64,000 nucleotides of DNA from Turneriella sp. (GCA_965279515.1 CBDIID010000003.1:1824001-1888000); one strand, 5' to 3'; numbered from the stretch's first letter, positions 48,383-58,737 are shown. The notes: a model not told the origin generated them from the sequence alone. Made by a program: numbers and translations.

Positions 48383-49204
48383 ATGCGTTTTCTACCGAGC
48401 TGCGCCATCCTGGGCGTTCTTGTCATAACCTTCTGCAATCCGGGCACAAAGCATCCCCACAAGGAGCTGGGTTTTAAGGCCGGCGCCGTTGAAAAAAAGC
48501 TGCCTTTGAGCGAACTGCGGCGCCGTTTTGGCGCAGAGACGGTGCAAGTGGAAGATTACTACCTGAAACGGCCGATGCGCTATCAGGCTCTTCCGATGAG
48601 GAAAATCCTCACGGCCTTCGCCGCCGAGGCCCCGGGTTTCGATGAAATTATCTTCCGCTGCGCGGATGGCTATCTGGCACACGTGAGCCGCGCCGACTTT
48701 GAGGCGGGCAAACTGGACAGTTTCTATTTGGCATTCGGTGAGGATGGCGATAATTTCAAGACGGATATTCCGCAGGGTAAGGCGTTACTTTCGCCCGAAC
48801 CGTTTTACGCCATCGCGACTGACAAGGCGGGGTTTAGTACGCTGTCGTGGCCCTATGAACTCGTGGCTATCGAACTCATAAACTTCAAGGCGATGTTTCC
48901 CAAACTCTATTTTGCAGGGTTAGAAACGGACGCGCAGGTCAAAGCCGGGTTTGATATTTTCCGCAAAGAATGCCTCAAATGCCATTCAGTAAATTTGCAG
49001 GGCGGCGATATCGGCCCCGAGCTCAATATTCCGCAAAACGTCACAAATTACCGCGATGAGAAATACCTGCGTGCATTTATCCGCAATGCGTCGTCGTACC
49101 GGGCGAAATCCAAGATGCCGCCCTTCCCCAATCTCAAAGACGAAGAGATCGGCCAGGTCATCAGTTATCTGCGAAAAATGAAAGCGCACCAGGCAGGGCT
49201 TTAA
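48383..49204 (+). CDS. Cytochrome c with N-terminal molybdopterin-oxidoreductase-like domain (probable lipoprotein)
   Basis: CLKCH heme motif and KMPPF distal Met; N-terminal FRCADGY...WPYEL. Confidence 0.75.
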   Translation: MRFLPSCAILGVLVITFCNPGTKHPHKELGFKAGAVEKKLPLSELRRRFGAETVQVEDYYLKRPMRYQALPMRKILTAFAAEAPGFDEIIFRCADGYLAHVSRADFEAGKLDSFYLAFGEDGDNFKTDIPQGKALLSPEPFYAIATDKAGFSTLSWPYELVAIELINFKAMFPKLYFAGLETDAQVKAGFDIFRKECLKCHSVNLQGGDIGPELNIPQNVTNYRDEKYLRAFIRNASSYRAKSKMPPFPNLKDEEIGQVISYLRKMKAHQAGL

Positions 49205-50316
49205 ATCGCCCGATGAGCCGTGCGCGCAAATTTCTGGCGATAAGCCTTGGGCGACAAAGACGCAAATTTAGCGAAATAGCGGTGGAATGCGGAAGTGGAA
49301 TTAAAACCTACCTGGTAGGCGATCTGCAGAATATTTTGTTCGGGATTTTGGATGAGCAGTTTTTTTGCTTCCTCAACCCGAAACTGGTTCACATAGCCTG
49401 AGAAATTAATATTGAAGTGCGTATTGATAAACTCGGAGAGCTGATGCACACTGAGCCCTGCGAGCGCCGCCAGCTTACCCAGCGTTAGATCCGGCTCATG
49501 GTAGATTTTCTCGTCCCTCATCAACGCCTCGAGTCTGCTTTTGATAACCCCGAGGTCAAGCGCGGCGATGTACGACTGTTTGTTGCTCACCGCCTGGACG
49601 ATCTTGATGAAACTCTGTGAAATTTCAGGATAACGGTAACCCGCGACGAGAATCATCCCCATACTCAGGGCCAGGAGCGCCGCGCTGATTCTGAAGAATA
49701 AATAGATGCGTGTCGACATACACAAGATGGCAAGGCCGATGGTCAGCGCCGATATGAACAGCATGATCGTGGTAACTTTGGTACCCGGCTCATAGCGCAG
49801 GTTTTTATCCTTCCAGATCAATGACATTTCTTTCGTGATATAAGCCACATAGAACATCGCGATCAGTGTACCGCCGGGATAAAGATAGTCATTAAAGAAG
49901 ACTTTCTTCAGCACGAAAACATCGTAGGGCCGGTTAATTTTTTCTGCTACCGGCAGCAGGTAATAGTTGAGTGCAAGGACAAAGATGAGCGGCGGTATGA
50001 CAAAGTGCCGCCAATAGCTCTGCTTTTTATCCGGGTTAATCGATTCCTGGTAGATGATATAGAGCAACGGACCGATACAATACAGCAGCGGAATATCGAG
50101 ATAGGATAGCCGGGGAAAAATGTAACGCATCTCGAGATCGGCATTCCAGTTAGAGAACTCAATGGTGGCTATACAAAGGTAAATCAGGATAAACGCATAG
50201 TTTCGCAGCCGCTTATCCGGAACAATGAGCTGTCCGACCGCCAGAAGCACTGAAAATCCCACGCCCATGAGTGCCATGAAGCGGAGCATCCCATTCAGCG
50301 TTTCCATATCAAGCAT
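49201..50316 (-). CDS. Membrane-bound (6-7 TM) AraC-family regulator
   Basis: Hydrophobic N-terminal half; HQLSEFIN, VNQFRVEEAK, IAYQVGFNS. Confidence 0.9.
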   Translation of the reverse strand: MLDMETLNGMLRFMALMGVGFSVLLAVGQLIVPDKRLRNYAFILIYLCIATIEFSNWNADLEMRYIFPRLSYLDIPLLYCIGPLLYIIYQESINPDKKQSYWRHFVIPPLIFVLALNYYLLPVAEKINRPYDVFVLKKVFFNDYLYPGGTLIAMFYVAYITKEMSLIWKDKNLRYEPGTKVTTIMLFISALTIGLAILCMSTRIYLFFRISAALLALSMGMILVAGYRYPEISQSFIKIVQAVSNKQSYIAALDLGVIKSRLEALMRDEKIYHEPDLTLGKLAALAGLSVHQLSEFINTHFNINFSGYVNQFRVEEAKKLLIQNPEQNILQIAYQVGFNSTSAFHRYFAKFASLSPKAYRQKFARTAHRAI

Positions 50317-50485
50317 CTGCTGATATTCCCACTGCTATCATTTTCGGTCGTTTAAGGATGCCGGTTGAACGGATCTAATACCCACATTATAAACAGGGCG
50401 CATCTTTTTGGGCATGGTTTATAAATCAGGTTGAAAACCGCAAAAAACCAGGGTAGATCACTGAATCAAAGCAAAGGAGCTTTCC

Positions 50486-51628
50486 ATGAAAATAAACGAT
50501 TTTGTAAAGACGGTGACCAACAAACGCGCCGGTCGTTACGCAAAGAACAAGGTAGAAATGGGCCACTTTATCGACGATTACGTCAAAGGGCTCGTCGATA
50601 TCAACGGCGATCTGCTGAAAATCCTGGATCACAAAGACGAGATTTTTAAATTTAACTATGTCTGGCAACACTACAAGTTCGTGCTGACACGCATGATACC
50701 CGAGGTAGCGATCCACTCGATTAAGCAGGATAAACGCATCGTCAAAAAACACTACGACAACAAGAACGATCTGTTCAGCTGGTTTTTAGGGCCACGCATG
50801 ATCTATACCAGTTGTTACTTTAAGAATGAGAACGAAACCTTAGAAGCAGCGCAGGATAATAAAATGAATCTGATCGCGCAGAAAATGCAACTGAAACCGG
50901 GCGAAACACTGCTCGATATCGGCTGCGGCTGGGGCACTCTCGTCGCACACATGGCGAAACATTATGGCGTGCAATCGACCGGTGTCACCATCGCCGGTGC
51001 GGGCGCAGAATGGGGGCGCAGGCAGATTGAGGAATACGGCGCCACGGGCAAAGCCGACATCATGGTGATGGATTACCGCGAGATCCCGCGCAAGAAATAC
51101 AACAAGATTTCCTGCCTTGAAATGGCCGAGCACGTCGGCATTAAGAACTTCCGTAAGTTCATGCAGCAGTGTTATGACATGCTCGAAGACGACGGCATCT
51201 TCTATGTGCAGATTGCGGGTCTGCGCGAACGCGACAGCCTGTTCCAGAAACGCAACCGCGAAGATTTAGTTTGGGGCCTCTTTATGAACGAATACATCTT
51301 TTCGGGCGCCGACGCCAGCATGCCGATCAACTGGGATCTGCGCCATATGGAAAAGGTCGGCTTCGAGGTGCAAAGTGTCGAAAACATCGGCATCCATTAT
51401 TCGAAGACCATTAACTACTGGTACGACAACTGGCTGAGCAACAAAGACAAGGTGATCGCGAAGTACAGCATCGAAACATTCCGGATTTACGAGATCTTTC
51501 TGGCCTGGTCGGTTGTGATCGCCAAACACGGCGGCTCATCGGCATACCAGATTGTCTGCCACAAGAACCTCAATAAGCTGAACCGCAAGCGGTATATCGG
51601 CAAGACCGCCCTAGGCAACGCGGCCTGA
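50486..51628 (+). CDS. CFA-synthase superfamily SAM methyltransferase, sphingolipid C9-methyltransferase-like
   Basis: HYD...WFLGPRMIYTS, LDIGCGWG, CLEMAEHVG, EDLVWGLFMNEYIF.GADAS; AAGGAG ribosome-binding site. Confidence 0.85.
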   Translation: MKINDFVKTVTNKRAGRYAKNKVEMGHFIDDYVKGLVDINGDLLKILDHKDEIFKFNYVWQHYKFVLTRMIPEVAIHSIKQDKRIVKKHYDNKNDLFSWFLGPRMIYTSCYFKNENETLEAAQDNKMNLIAQKMQLKPGETLLDIGCGWGTLVAHMAKHYGVQSTGVTIAGAGAEWGRRQIEEYGATGKADIMVMDYREIPRKKYNKISCLEMAEHVGIKNFRKFMQQCYDMLEDDGIFYVQIAGLRERDSLFQKRNREDLVWGLFMNEYIFSGADASMPINWDLRHMEKVGFEVQSVENIGIHYSKTINYWYDNWLSNKDKVIAKYSIETFRIYEIFLAWSVVIAKHGGSSAYQIVCHKNLNKLNRKRYIGKTALGNAA

Positions 51629-51769
51629 TTTTCATCAGGGTATCGGGCCCGCGGAGGGCCTGTCATATTTCTTTTCACCACCCTGTGTCTTTTAAGCAAT
51701 TCATAATTCCATACTGGTTCGGAAAAATCCGGTCGACCTGCGTCACGTACTAATTTATGTGCCTCACCT

Positions 51770-52276
51770 ATGATAACTAAATTGCATGTAAAAATCATCC
51801 TCTTTGCGGCGCTGTTCACCTACAGCTGGGTTGTCAGTCAATCTTACATGTACGTAATTGCGCTTGAAAATGTGCAGATGATAATGAATGCCCCCGCTTA
51901 CATTGAACTGCGTCATCTGCTCGACGCAAGTTTCAGGGCGAATTTCAAGTTTGTTTTGATTGGCGCACTCGCAAGCAACCTCTTGCTTGTGGTTATGACG
52001 ATTCGAAACTACCACAGCATGCTATTTATCGCAGCCGCATTTTCATTTCTTGCGTTACTTGTGGATCTTCTATTGACCTTGAAGGGAAATGTCCCTATCA
52101 ACGATCTCATCAACACATGGACTGCAACCAACCACCCCATGGATTGGTCGGCGACTCGCTCAGAGTGGCTCAGAATTTTCCACTATCGTCAGATAGCGAA
52201 TGTTTCTGGTTTTGTGATCCTGCTTGCAGGAGCGATCTTCGGGCTGCGCAGCTCAAACGCTTCCGCAACCCGATAG
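51770..52276 (+). CDS. DUF1772-like membrane protein
   Basis: NVPINDLINTW...WSATRSEW...R. Confidence 0.7.
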   Translation: MITKLHVKIILFAALFTYSWVVSQSYMYVIALENVQMIMNAPAYIELRHLLDASFRANFKFVLIGALASNLLLVVMTIRNYHSMLFIAAAFSFLALLVDLLLTLKGNVPINDLINTWTATNHPMDWSATRSEWLRIFHYRQIANVSGFVILLAGAIFGLRSSNASATR

Positions 52277-52289
52277 ATTCGTGAACCGA

Positions 52290-53285
52290 TCAGGGCCCTA
52301 TATACTTTTTCTTCGCCGCGTTATGCTCTTTAAAATCTTTTGAGAAATGGTGGGCATCATCGCCCTTGAGGACGAAGAATTTATAGTCGGTTTTTTCGGG
52401 ATTCACCGTCGCGTTGATTGCCGCAAGGCCGGGTGAGCCGATCGGCCCGGGGGGTAATCCCTTCACCTTATAGGTATTATAAGGAGATTCCACTTCAAGG
52501 TCTTTGTAGAACAGGCGTGCCTTGGGTTTTTCAAACAGATACTGCACCGTCGCGCACGATTCCAGCGGCTCGCTGTCGCGCAGGCGGTTGTGAAAGACAG
52601 CGGCAATCAGCGGGCGTTCGTCTTTGCGCTTGGCTTCGCGCTCGACAATGCTCGAAAGAATGATCATCTCGTGGATCTTGCGCGGATCGCTCGGGAAATT
52701 TTTTACCTCTTTGACTTTTTCGTAAAAATGATCGATCATGTGCTCGATGATTTTATCTTTGGGATAACCTTGCGGCAAAAAATATGTGTCCGGAAAAAGG
52801 TAACCTTCGACCGACTGCGCGGGGATCTTATACTTATCGAGAATAGATTTTTTTGAAGCGTACTGCATAAACTCTTCGCGCGATGTGAAGAACTTCTTCG
52901 CGACGAAGAGATCCGCAATCTGGCGGTCATGCAGACCCTCGGCAATCGTGACGCTGACGGTCTTGGTTTTACCGCTCGTCAGTGCCTGTGCGATCTTCGA
53001 CGCCGACATGCCGTCGGTCAGGTCATAGATGCCGAATTTAATCTTCGACGCCTTGCCGGTCATGCGCATATAAATCTTAAAGAAGAACTGGCTTTGTATG
53101 AGATTGGCTTCGGCGAGGCGCGCCGAGACCGACGCGAGGTTCGAACCCGAGCGCACGGCAAAATCCACGTGGCGCGAACCATCGGCAGTGGCGCGTAAGC
53201 TGAAGAACATGACACCGAGGCCGATCAAAATTACCGCGGCCACGGAGGCCATAATCACCACGAAAGGCTTTCTGAGCTTATGCAT
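52290..53285 (-). CDS. mltG: Endolytic transglycosylase MltG
   Basis: EGYLFPDTY, SIVEREA, SPYNTY..GLPPGPI; start MHKLRK after AGGA. Confidence 0.93.
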   Translation of the reverse strand: MHKLRKPFVVIMASVAAVILIGLGVMFFSLRATADGSRHVDFAVRSGSNLASVSARLAEANLIQSQFFFKIYMRMTGKASKIKFGIYDLTDGMSASKIAQALTSGKTKTVSVTIAEGLHDRQIADLFVAKKFFTSREEFMQYASKKSILDKYKIPAQSVEGYLFPDTYFLPQGYPKDKIIEHMIDHFYEKVKEVKNFPSDPRKIHEMIILSSIVEREAKRKDERPLIAAVFHNRLRDSEPLESCATVQYLFEKPKARLFYKDLEVESPYNTYKVKGLPPGPIGSPGLAAINATVNPEKTDYKFFVLKGDDAHHFSKDFKEHNAAKKKYIGP

Positions 53286-53352
53286 GTTATCCTGCAACAT
53301 TCGGCCCGTTACAATGGATTGACATGCTGTAAAGAGTGATAGGTCTTCTACG

Positions 53353-55533
53353 ATGCGCTCTTTTTTCCTCGCCCTCTGCTCGCTTTTTATTGCCTGCAAG
53401 GCCCCCTCTGCGGTCGACGACCTGCTAAACCGTTATGCAAAAACCGATGCGGCAAACCCGAACAGCTATCTCACCTTCTATGCCCAGGGTTTGAAGCTCA
53501 GCGAAAAAAGCCAGCTCGCCGGTAAAATGCGCGCATTTTTCCTCGCGGCGATGCTGGAACCCGATCTCAAAAATCCCTGCTCGCAGTGGGATTGCCTGCT
53601 GACCGGACTTAAGGACCTGAAAGAAAAGCGCCGCTCTGCACTTTTCCCATATGCCCTCTATCAGTTGGGGCTTATCGCCGAAAAACAGAACCTGTTTAAT
53701 GAGGCCCTGCAGCTGATGGCGATCGAAGCGTCGCCACCCCTGCCCCTCGAACGCAAGATGTCCCTGCTCAAGGGGCGCCTGTTGCAATTCACTGCTTCTC
53801 CGGAGACGGCGGCTCATTTCCGCAAACACGCCGAAAAATTCAGCGACGCGGAAAGCTTATACTTTTCCGCTGCGGCCCTCGACCGCGCAGGCGATAAGCA
53901 GGGTGCGCTCAATATCGCACTCAAGGTGCTCGATAAACCCGAAGCGGATTCCCCGTTTTCGCAGAGTGGGCTACTGATACGCAATATCATGAACAAGGGC
54001 ATCTACACGATGCCCGATACCACACAGCGCATTCGGCTGATGGAAGCGCTGCGCATCGCCAAAGATAAACAGAGTGCATTGAAACTCTTCGACACCCTAA
54101 AGCCTGCAAAACTCAGTGGCAGCGACGCGTTACTATTCACCCACTACGGCGCGCGCCTGATGATCGACCAGGGCAATCTCGCGGCCACAGCGAACCTGGT
54201 TTCAACACACGCCCATGAGTTTTTGGGCGAAGGCAATGACAAACCGGCGCTGGATATCTGTGAACGTCTCTTAAAGAAGAAACAGTTCGGGCTCGCCGCC
54301 TCGCTCTACGCGATCACTCCCCCTTCGAAAGCCCGGCTGCAATGCCAGCTGCGGCGCGTACAACGCGAAAGCAAACTCGATGCCGCGGCGCGCAAGATCG
54401 CGGCGCAGTACATCAAGGACTTTGACGGCGACTCGACATTGGCCGAGCGCGTGTTCCTCAGATCATGCCTGCCCGAAACCCGCAGCAGGCGCGGCGAAAT
54501 CTCGATACCCTGCCTCGAAGAGCTGCGCGAAGTATCGCGCGGTAAATCGGTCGGGGCCGGCGCGCGTTACTACCTCGCGCGTGAATACGATAGGGCGGGT
54601 CAGGCAGAAAAGGTGCGCGAGCTCTTGGGCGAAATCGCAGCCGACTATAACGATGATTTCTATTTTTTCCGCCTGATGGAAAAACCGCTGCGCGCACAAA
54701 AGGAATTCGCCGCGTCCCTGCCGTCGTCTAAAGATAGAAATACGAAAATTCTCGCGGCGCTGCTCTCTGCCGATCTCTCGCTCGCGCAGGATGTCGATGT
54801 GAATCCTCATCTCAAGGATCTCGAAAAAGAGATAAAAAACCTCGGTAAAGATTTCGATGCCGCCCGGCAAATGGCGCTGCTGTTATTCGCCGCCGACAGC
54901 CGCGACGAGGCGCGCGAGCTCATGCGCGGCGATGAAAAAATTCAGATCCATAAGAATCTGATCGCCATGGGGGCAATCGCCGATAAGGCCGACATCGCGC
55001 TGTTCGGGGTAAGACAATACCTGCGCGAAAAGAAGCTAAAACCCTTCCTGTTTGAAATCCCTCCCTATCTGCGCAGCCTGCTCTACCCGACGACGTATGC
55101 CGCGCATGTTGAAAAATACGGAAAAAAACAGGGCATCGAAATGCCCGAAATCTTCGCGCTGATCCGCCAGGAATCGCAGTTTTTTCCGGGGGCGCTCAGC
55201 ATCGCCAATGCGCAGGGCCTCATGCAGCTTCTACCCTCGACCGCCAAACTGGTCGCGAGAAAAGAGGGTATGGCCTCGTATAACCTGATGAAGGCAGAGG
55301 ACAACATCCGCCTCGGCACCGGTTTTATGCGCGATATCATGGACAATTACACGGCAGACTATGTCGGCATTGCCATTGCCTATAACGCGGGCCCGGGCCG
55401 CTATACGCAGTGGAAAAAGAAGTACTCTAACGACGACGACATCTTCATCGAGGAAATCCCCTTTCAGGAGACCTACCACTACGTGCGGGTTTTGCTTGCC
55501 GACCGCGCGAAGTATCGGGCTATCATGCGCTAA
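53353..55533 (+). CDS. slt: Soluble lytic murein transglycosylase (Slt-like), lipoprotein with TPR-like scaffold
   Basis: LFIAC lipobox; IRQES, GLMQL, AYNAGPG, IPFQETYHYV. Confidence 0.88.
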   Translation: MRSFFLALCSLFIACKAPSAVDDLLNRYAKTDAANPNSYLTFYAQGLKLSEKSQLAGKMRAFFLAAMLEPDLKNPCSQWDCLLTGLKDLKEKRRSALFPYALYQLGLIAEKQNLFNEALQLMAIEASPPLPLERKMSLLKGRLLQFTASPETAAHFRKHAEKFSDAESLYFSAAALDRAGDKQGALNIALKVLDKPEADSPFSQSGLLIRNIMNKGIYTMPDTTQRIRLMEALRIAKDKQSALKLFDTLKPAKLSGSDALLFTHYGARLMIDQGNLAATANLVSTHAHEFLGEGNDKPALDICERLLKKKQFGLAASLYAITPPSKARLQCQLRRVQRESKLDAAARKIAAQYIKDFDGDSTLAERVFLRSCLPETRSRRGEISIPCLEELREVSRGKSVGAGARYYLAREYDRAGQAEKVRELLGEIAADYNDDFYFFRLMEKPLRAQKEFAASLPSSKDRNTKILAALLSADLSLAQDVDVNPHLKDLEKEIKNLGKDFDAARQMALLLFAADSRDEARELMRGDEKIQIHKNLIAMGAIADKADIALFGVRQYLREKKLKPFLFEIPPYLRSLLYPTTYAAHVEKYGKKQGIEMPEIFALIRQESQFFPGALSIANAQGLMQLLPSTAKLVARKEGMASYNLMKAEDNIRLGTGFMRDIMDNYTADYVGIAIAYNAGPGRYTQWKKKYSNDDDIFIEEIPFQETYHYVRVLLADRAKYRAIMR

Positions 55534-55538
55534 AGGCC

Positions 55539-57401
55539 ATGACCGGAAAAAAGCTACTCGAGGTTGCCCGCAAAAGTCCGCTCTTCAGAACTATCGGCGA
55601 TCGCCAGCTCAGAACTATCCTGAAGCATTTTCATATACGCCGGCTGGAAAAAGGGGAGTATCTTTTCCGCGCTGAAGAACGCAGCCGCGTCATGTACTTT
55701 ATCACCGACGGCAAGCTGCGCGTAGAAAAGCTCACCACAGAAAACCAGGTCATTAAGATCGCAGCACTCACTCCGGGTGATATCGTGGGCGAAGTGGCAC
55801 TATTGACCGGAGAGCGCCATTCGGGGCAGGTACGGGCGATGACCGATGCGCAGCTCGCGGGCATCAGCAAAAAAGAACTGGGCCCATTGCTGCGCCACTA
55901 CCCCAGACTGTTACAGAATCTGACACGTATCGAAGCACTGCGGCTACGCCACAATATCGTACGCGAGCACCAGGGTCTAAAAGAACTCGGCTTTATCGTC
56001 CATCTCTACTTTACGACACCTTCTGATTACGGCGCAGCGCTGCCGAATATCAACTCGGCGCTCTCCGGGCAAAAACTGAAATCGGTGCTGCTGCTCGAGC
56101 CACAGTTTATGCGCGGTGTCGGCGATGACAGCGATGAATTGCGGCGCAGGGTCAGCCAGATTCTGCTCAAAAACTCATCGGTCTATCTCTACGTTTCCGC
56201 TTCGAGTCAGGACCCCCGCATTCTGCATGCTTTGATCCGTATGGCCGACCGCCTCGTGATCACGCTCTCTGAAGACCGGGAATCGGTGCAGCGTGCCGCG
56301 CAGATTCTGACAACCCGGCAACTGCGGGACCGCGTCGCGATGCTGAACCCCTATGTCATTACGGTGCACCATGCATCGCGCGATAACTACGTTACTTCAG
56401 ACATCGAAAAACAGATTCGCATGCCGGTAAAGAGCCGGTTAAGGCTCGGTAAAGATTACTGGCAGAGTGCGGAGAACCGCCATGTGCGCATCCAGTGCGG
56501 CACGATCGCCCGGGCAATCTGCAATGCATCGCAGGGTATCGCTTTCGGCGGCGGCGGAGCCAGGGCACTCAGCGAAATCGGCATTATTTCAGAACTCGAA
56601 CGCCACCGCATTGAATTCGACCACGTCGCGGGCACGAGCATGGGTTCGCTGATCGGGGCACTCTATGCGCAGGGATTAACCTCGCGCGAAATCAGTGATC
56701 GTTTTCAGACTTTTCTTCCGACCGACAAAGGGCTCTTGCGCTATAACCTTCCCTTCATTTCATTCTTTCGCGATAAGAGCGTAAACCGCATTCTGCGCCG
56801 CCTGTTCGGCAAAACCCGGATTGAAGACCTGCCCAAACCGCTGACGATCATCGCGGCTGACCTGATCTCGGGACAGGAAATCCGCATGACCCGGGGCCTT
56901 GTATGGCGCGCCGTGCGGGCAAGCATGAGCCTGCCGGTTATTTTCGCGCCGGTTAAATACCACGGCTACTACCTGGTCGACGGAGGCGCGATCAATAACG
57001 TGCCCGGAAACGTGCTGCGCGACCAGGGAGTTACCAGTGTGCTGGGCATCAACTGCACGCCCTTGGCCGATGATGCTATCAAGGCATACCTGGCATCGAC
57101 AAATCTGTTTCAGTTGCTCAAGCCCGGTGATAAATTCTGGCGTAACCTGCGGCGTTTTTTCAAACTGCTGCGGCTTTTTTTTACCCGGCCGCCGATTCTG
57201 CAAATCGCCAACCGCGCGATGATGCTCGAGGGTTCGGAGCTTATCCGCCAGAAGTCACGCGAGTTCGATTTATTGTTGAGTCCCGACGTGGCGCGGTTTG
57301 GCCTGTTTGATTTTGAGCGCCGGGAAGAGATTATCGACGCCGGGCGCTATTATGCCCGCTCGCATGCGGGTGATTTAAAGAAGCTATTCCGAAAGAGCTA
57401 A
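55539..57401 (+). CDS. cNMP-binding patatin-like phospholipase (NTE family)
   Basis: cNMP GDIVGEVAL; patatin GGGGAR, GTSMG, DGG. Confidence 0.9.
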   Translation: MTGKKLLEVARKSPLFRTIGDRQLRTILKHFHIRRLEKGEYLFRAEERSRVMYFITDGKLRVEKLTTENQVIKIAALTPGDIVGEVALLTGERHSGQVRAMTDAQLAGISKKELGPLLRHYPRLLQNLTRIEALRLRHNIVREHQGLKELGFIVHLYFTTPSDYGAALPNINSALSGQKLKSVLLLEPQFMRGVGDDSDELRRRVSQILLKNSSVYLYVSASSQDPRILHALIRMADRLVITLSEDRESVQRAAQILTTRQLRDRVAMLNPYVITVHHASRDNYVTSDIEKQIRMPVKSRLRLGKDYWQSAENRHVRIQCGTIARAICNASQGIAFGGGGARALSEIGIISELERHRIEFDHVAGTSMGSLIGALYAQGLTSREISDRFQTFLPTDKGLLRYNLPFISFFRDKSVNRILRRLFGKTRIEDLPKPLTIIAADLISGQEIRMTRGLVWRAVRASMSLPVIFAPVKYHGYYLVDGGAINNVPGNVLRDQGVTSVLGINCTPLADDAIKAYLASTNLFQLLKPGDKFWRNLRRFFKLLRLFFTRPPILQIANRAMMLEGSELIRQKSREFDLLLSPDVARFGLFDFERREEIIDAGRYYARSHAGDLKKLFRKS

Positions 57402-57427
57402 ACGGCAGCATTACGCCCCGCAGGGCG

Positions 57428-58225
57428 TCACTTAATCCGCGCCTGCTGCATGGTAAAATCCATGCCCGCAGAGAATTTTTCGATTTCGAGCATCGTTTCG
57501 CGCGTTGTGTCCATCTTGGTTGTGATCGCTTCGACCTGCTTCGCAATCAGCTGCGGATCGAACACCTGGACAGACTGGTCGCGCAGGTATTTGAACGTCT
57601 CTTCGATCATCTCGATCTGTGCAATGAGCTTCTTTTTGCTGGCTTCGGCATCGCGGACAATATCGCCGCGCTTCTGCACAAGCTCAATGCGGCGCGTCAG
57701 CGCATCGCGGGTCTCTGGCGCCGTGTCGGCAGGCAACGCGCCCAGATCTGCCTTGAGTTTATCAAGCTCCGCATCATGCCCGGTGCCCGCCGCTTTTTGC
57801 ATGTCGTCGAGACGACAGTAGCTGTTCAGCAGTTGCACAAAATTCTTTTCGAGTTCGTCAAGCCCCGAAAGCATCGCTTCGCTCGATGACACGGATGCCT
57901 TGCTGTTTTGCCGCGTGTTCTGCTTGATACGGCGGATGATATCTTCAGCGGGAGACATCTTCGCCTTCATCGGCGACTGCGAACCGTACACGGCATTGCG
58001 CATGCGGCGCACTTCATCTTTCTCTTTTTCGCCGCCTTCGATGGCATCGACCGCGCGCTGAAAACGTTTATTCGTCGCGGCGCCGATCAGGTAAAGCGTC
58101 TCAAGAACGAAGATGACCGGATACCAGAGCGCATTCGACCAGGTGAAGAAAATGCCGGCAACCAGCGAGCCGCCGAAAACCAGGAGGTTCCATTTGTTGA
58201 TTAAGGCATGCCAGATGTAACTCAT
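57428..58225 (-). CDS. Hypothetical 2-TM coiled-coil protein
   Basis: N-terminal hydrophobic hairpin and long helical C-terminus; ATGA overlap with the upstream gene. Confidence 0.65.
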   Translation of the reverse strand: MSYIWHALINKWNLLVFGGSLVAGIFFTWSNALWYPVIFVLETLYLIGAATNKRFQRAVDAIEGGEKEKDEVRRMRNAVYGSQSPMKAKMSPAEDIIRRIKQNTRQNSKASVSSSEAMLSGLDELEKNFVQLLNSYCRLDDMQKAAGTGHDAELDKLKADLGALPADTAPETRDALTRRIELVQKRGDIVRDAEASKKKLIAQIEMIEETFKYLRDQSVQVFDPQLIAKQVEAITTKMDTTRETMLEIEKFSAGMDFTMQQARIK

Positions 58226-58647
58226 CCCAGCACCTCTTTCGCAACAGCCGACGCCAGTTTGCCGTCATATTGCCCGTCATGGTTTGTTTTGAGATATTTC
58301 ATCGCTTCGCCGATATTCGCGGCACCCGATTTTTTCAGTGCAGCTTTGAGGTCATCGGCCGACATCTGTTGCGGTAAATAAGACAGCAGGATATCCCTCT
58401 CGACCTTAAAGGCATCGGCGCGTGTGGCGTCCATTTTACCCTGCGCTGCGAGGGCGAGGTTTTCTTCGACAGCTTTGAGGAACTGTTTGACGACTTTCAT
58501 GACGTCTGCTTCAGTCACAGCGCGGTGTCCATCGTCGAGAGCGAGCGCCTTGATCTGTGAAATCGCGGTGGTGAGCACGGCAGCCTTGGCTGTATCGCGC
58601 GCCTTGCGCGCCTCAAGACTCTCTTTCTGCATACGTTCGAAAAGCAT
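58222..58647 (-). CDS. GatB/YqeY domain protein
   Basis: ARKARD, E..IL.SYLPQQMS, IGEAMKYLK...YDGK. Confidence 0.88.
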   Translation of the reverse strand: MLFERMQKESLEARKARDTAKAAVLTTAISQIKALALDDGHRAVTEADVMKVVKQFLKAVEENLALAAQGKMDATRADAFKVERDILLSYLPQQMSADDLKAALKKSGAANIGEAMKYLKTNHDGQYDGKLASAVAKEVLG

Positions 58648-58688
58648 GAGTGAAAACGGCGTAAGAACAGAAGGCGTCAAGCCTTCTT

Positions 58689-58721
58689 AAAAAGCCCGGC
58701 CACAGGCTGTTGCCTGTGGCC
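58689..58721 (-). terminator. Probable intrinsic terminator
   Basis: GGCCACAGGC-4nt-GCCTGTGGCC 10-bp stem with a T-run shortly after on the minus strand. Confidence 0.65.
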
Positions 58722-58737
58722 AAAAGGGTTCAATAAA

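Noticed and set aside
51624..51660. Two short hairpins after the methyltransferase stop
   Set aside because: The stems are only 5-6 bp with no adjacent U-tract, too weak to call a terminator.
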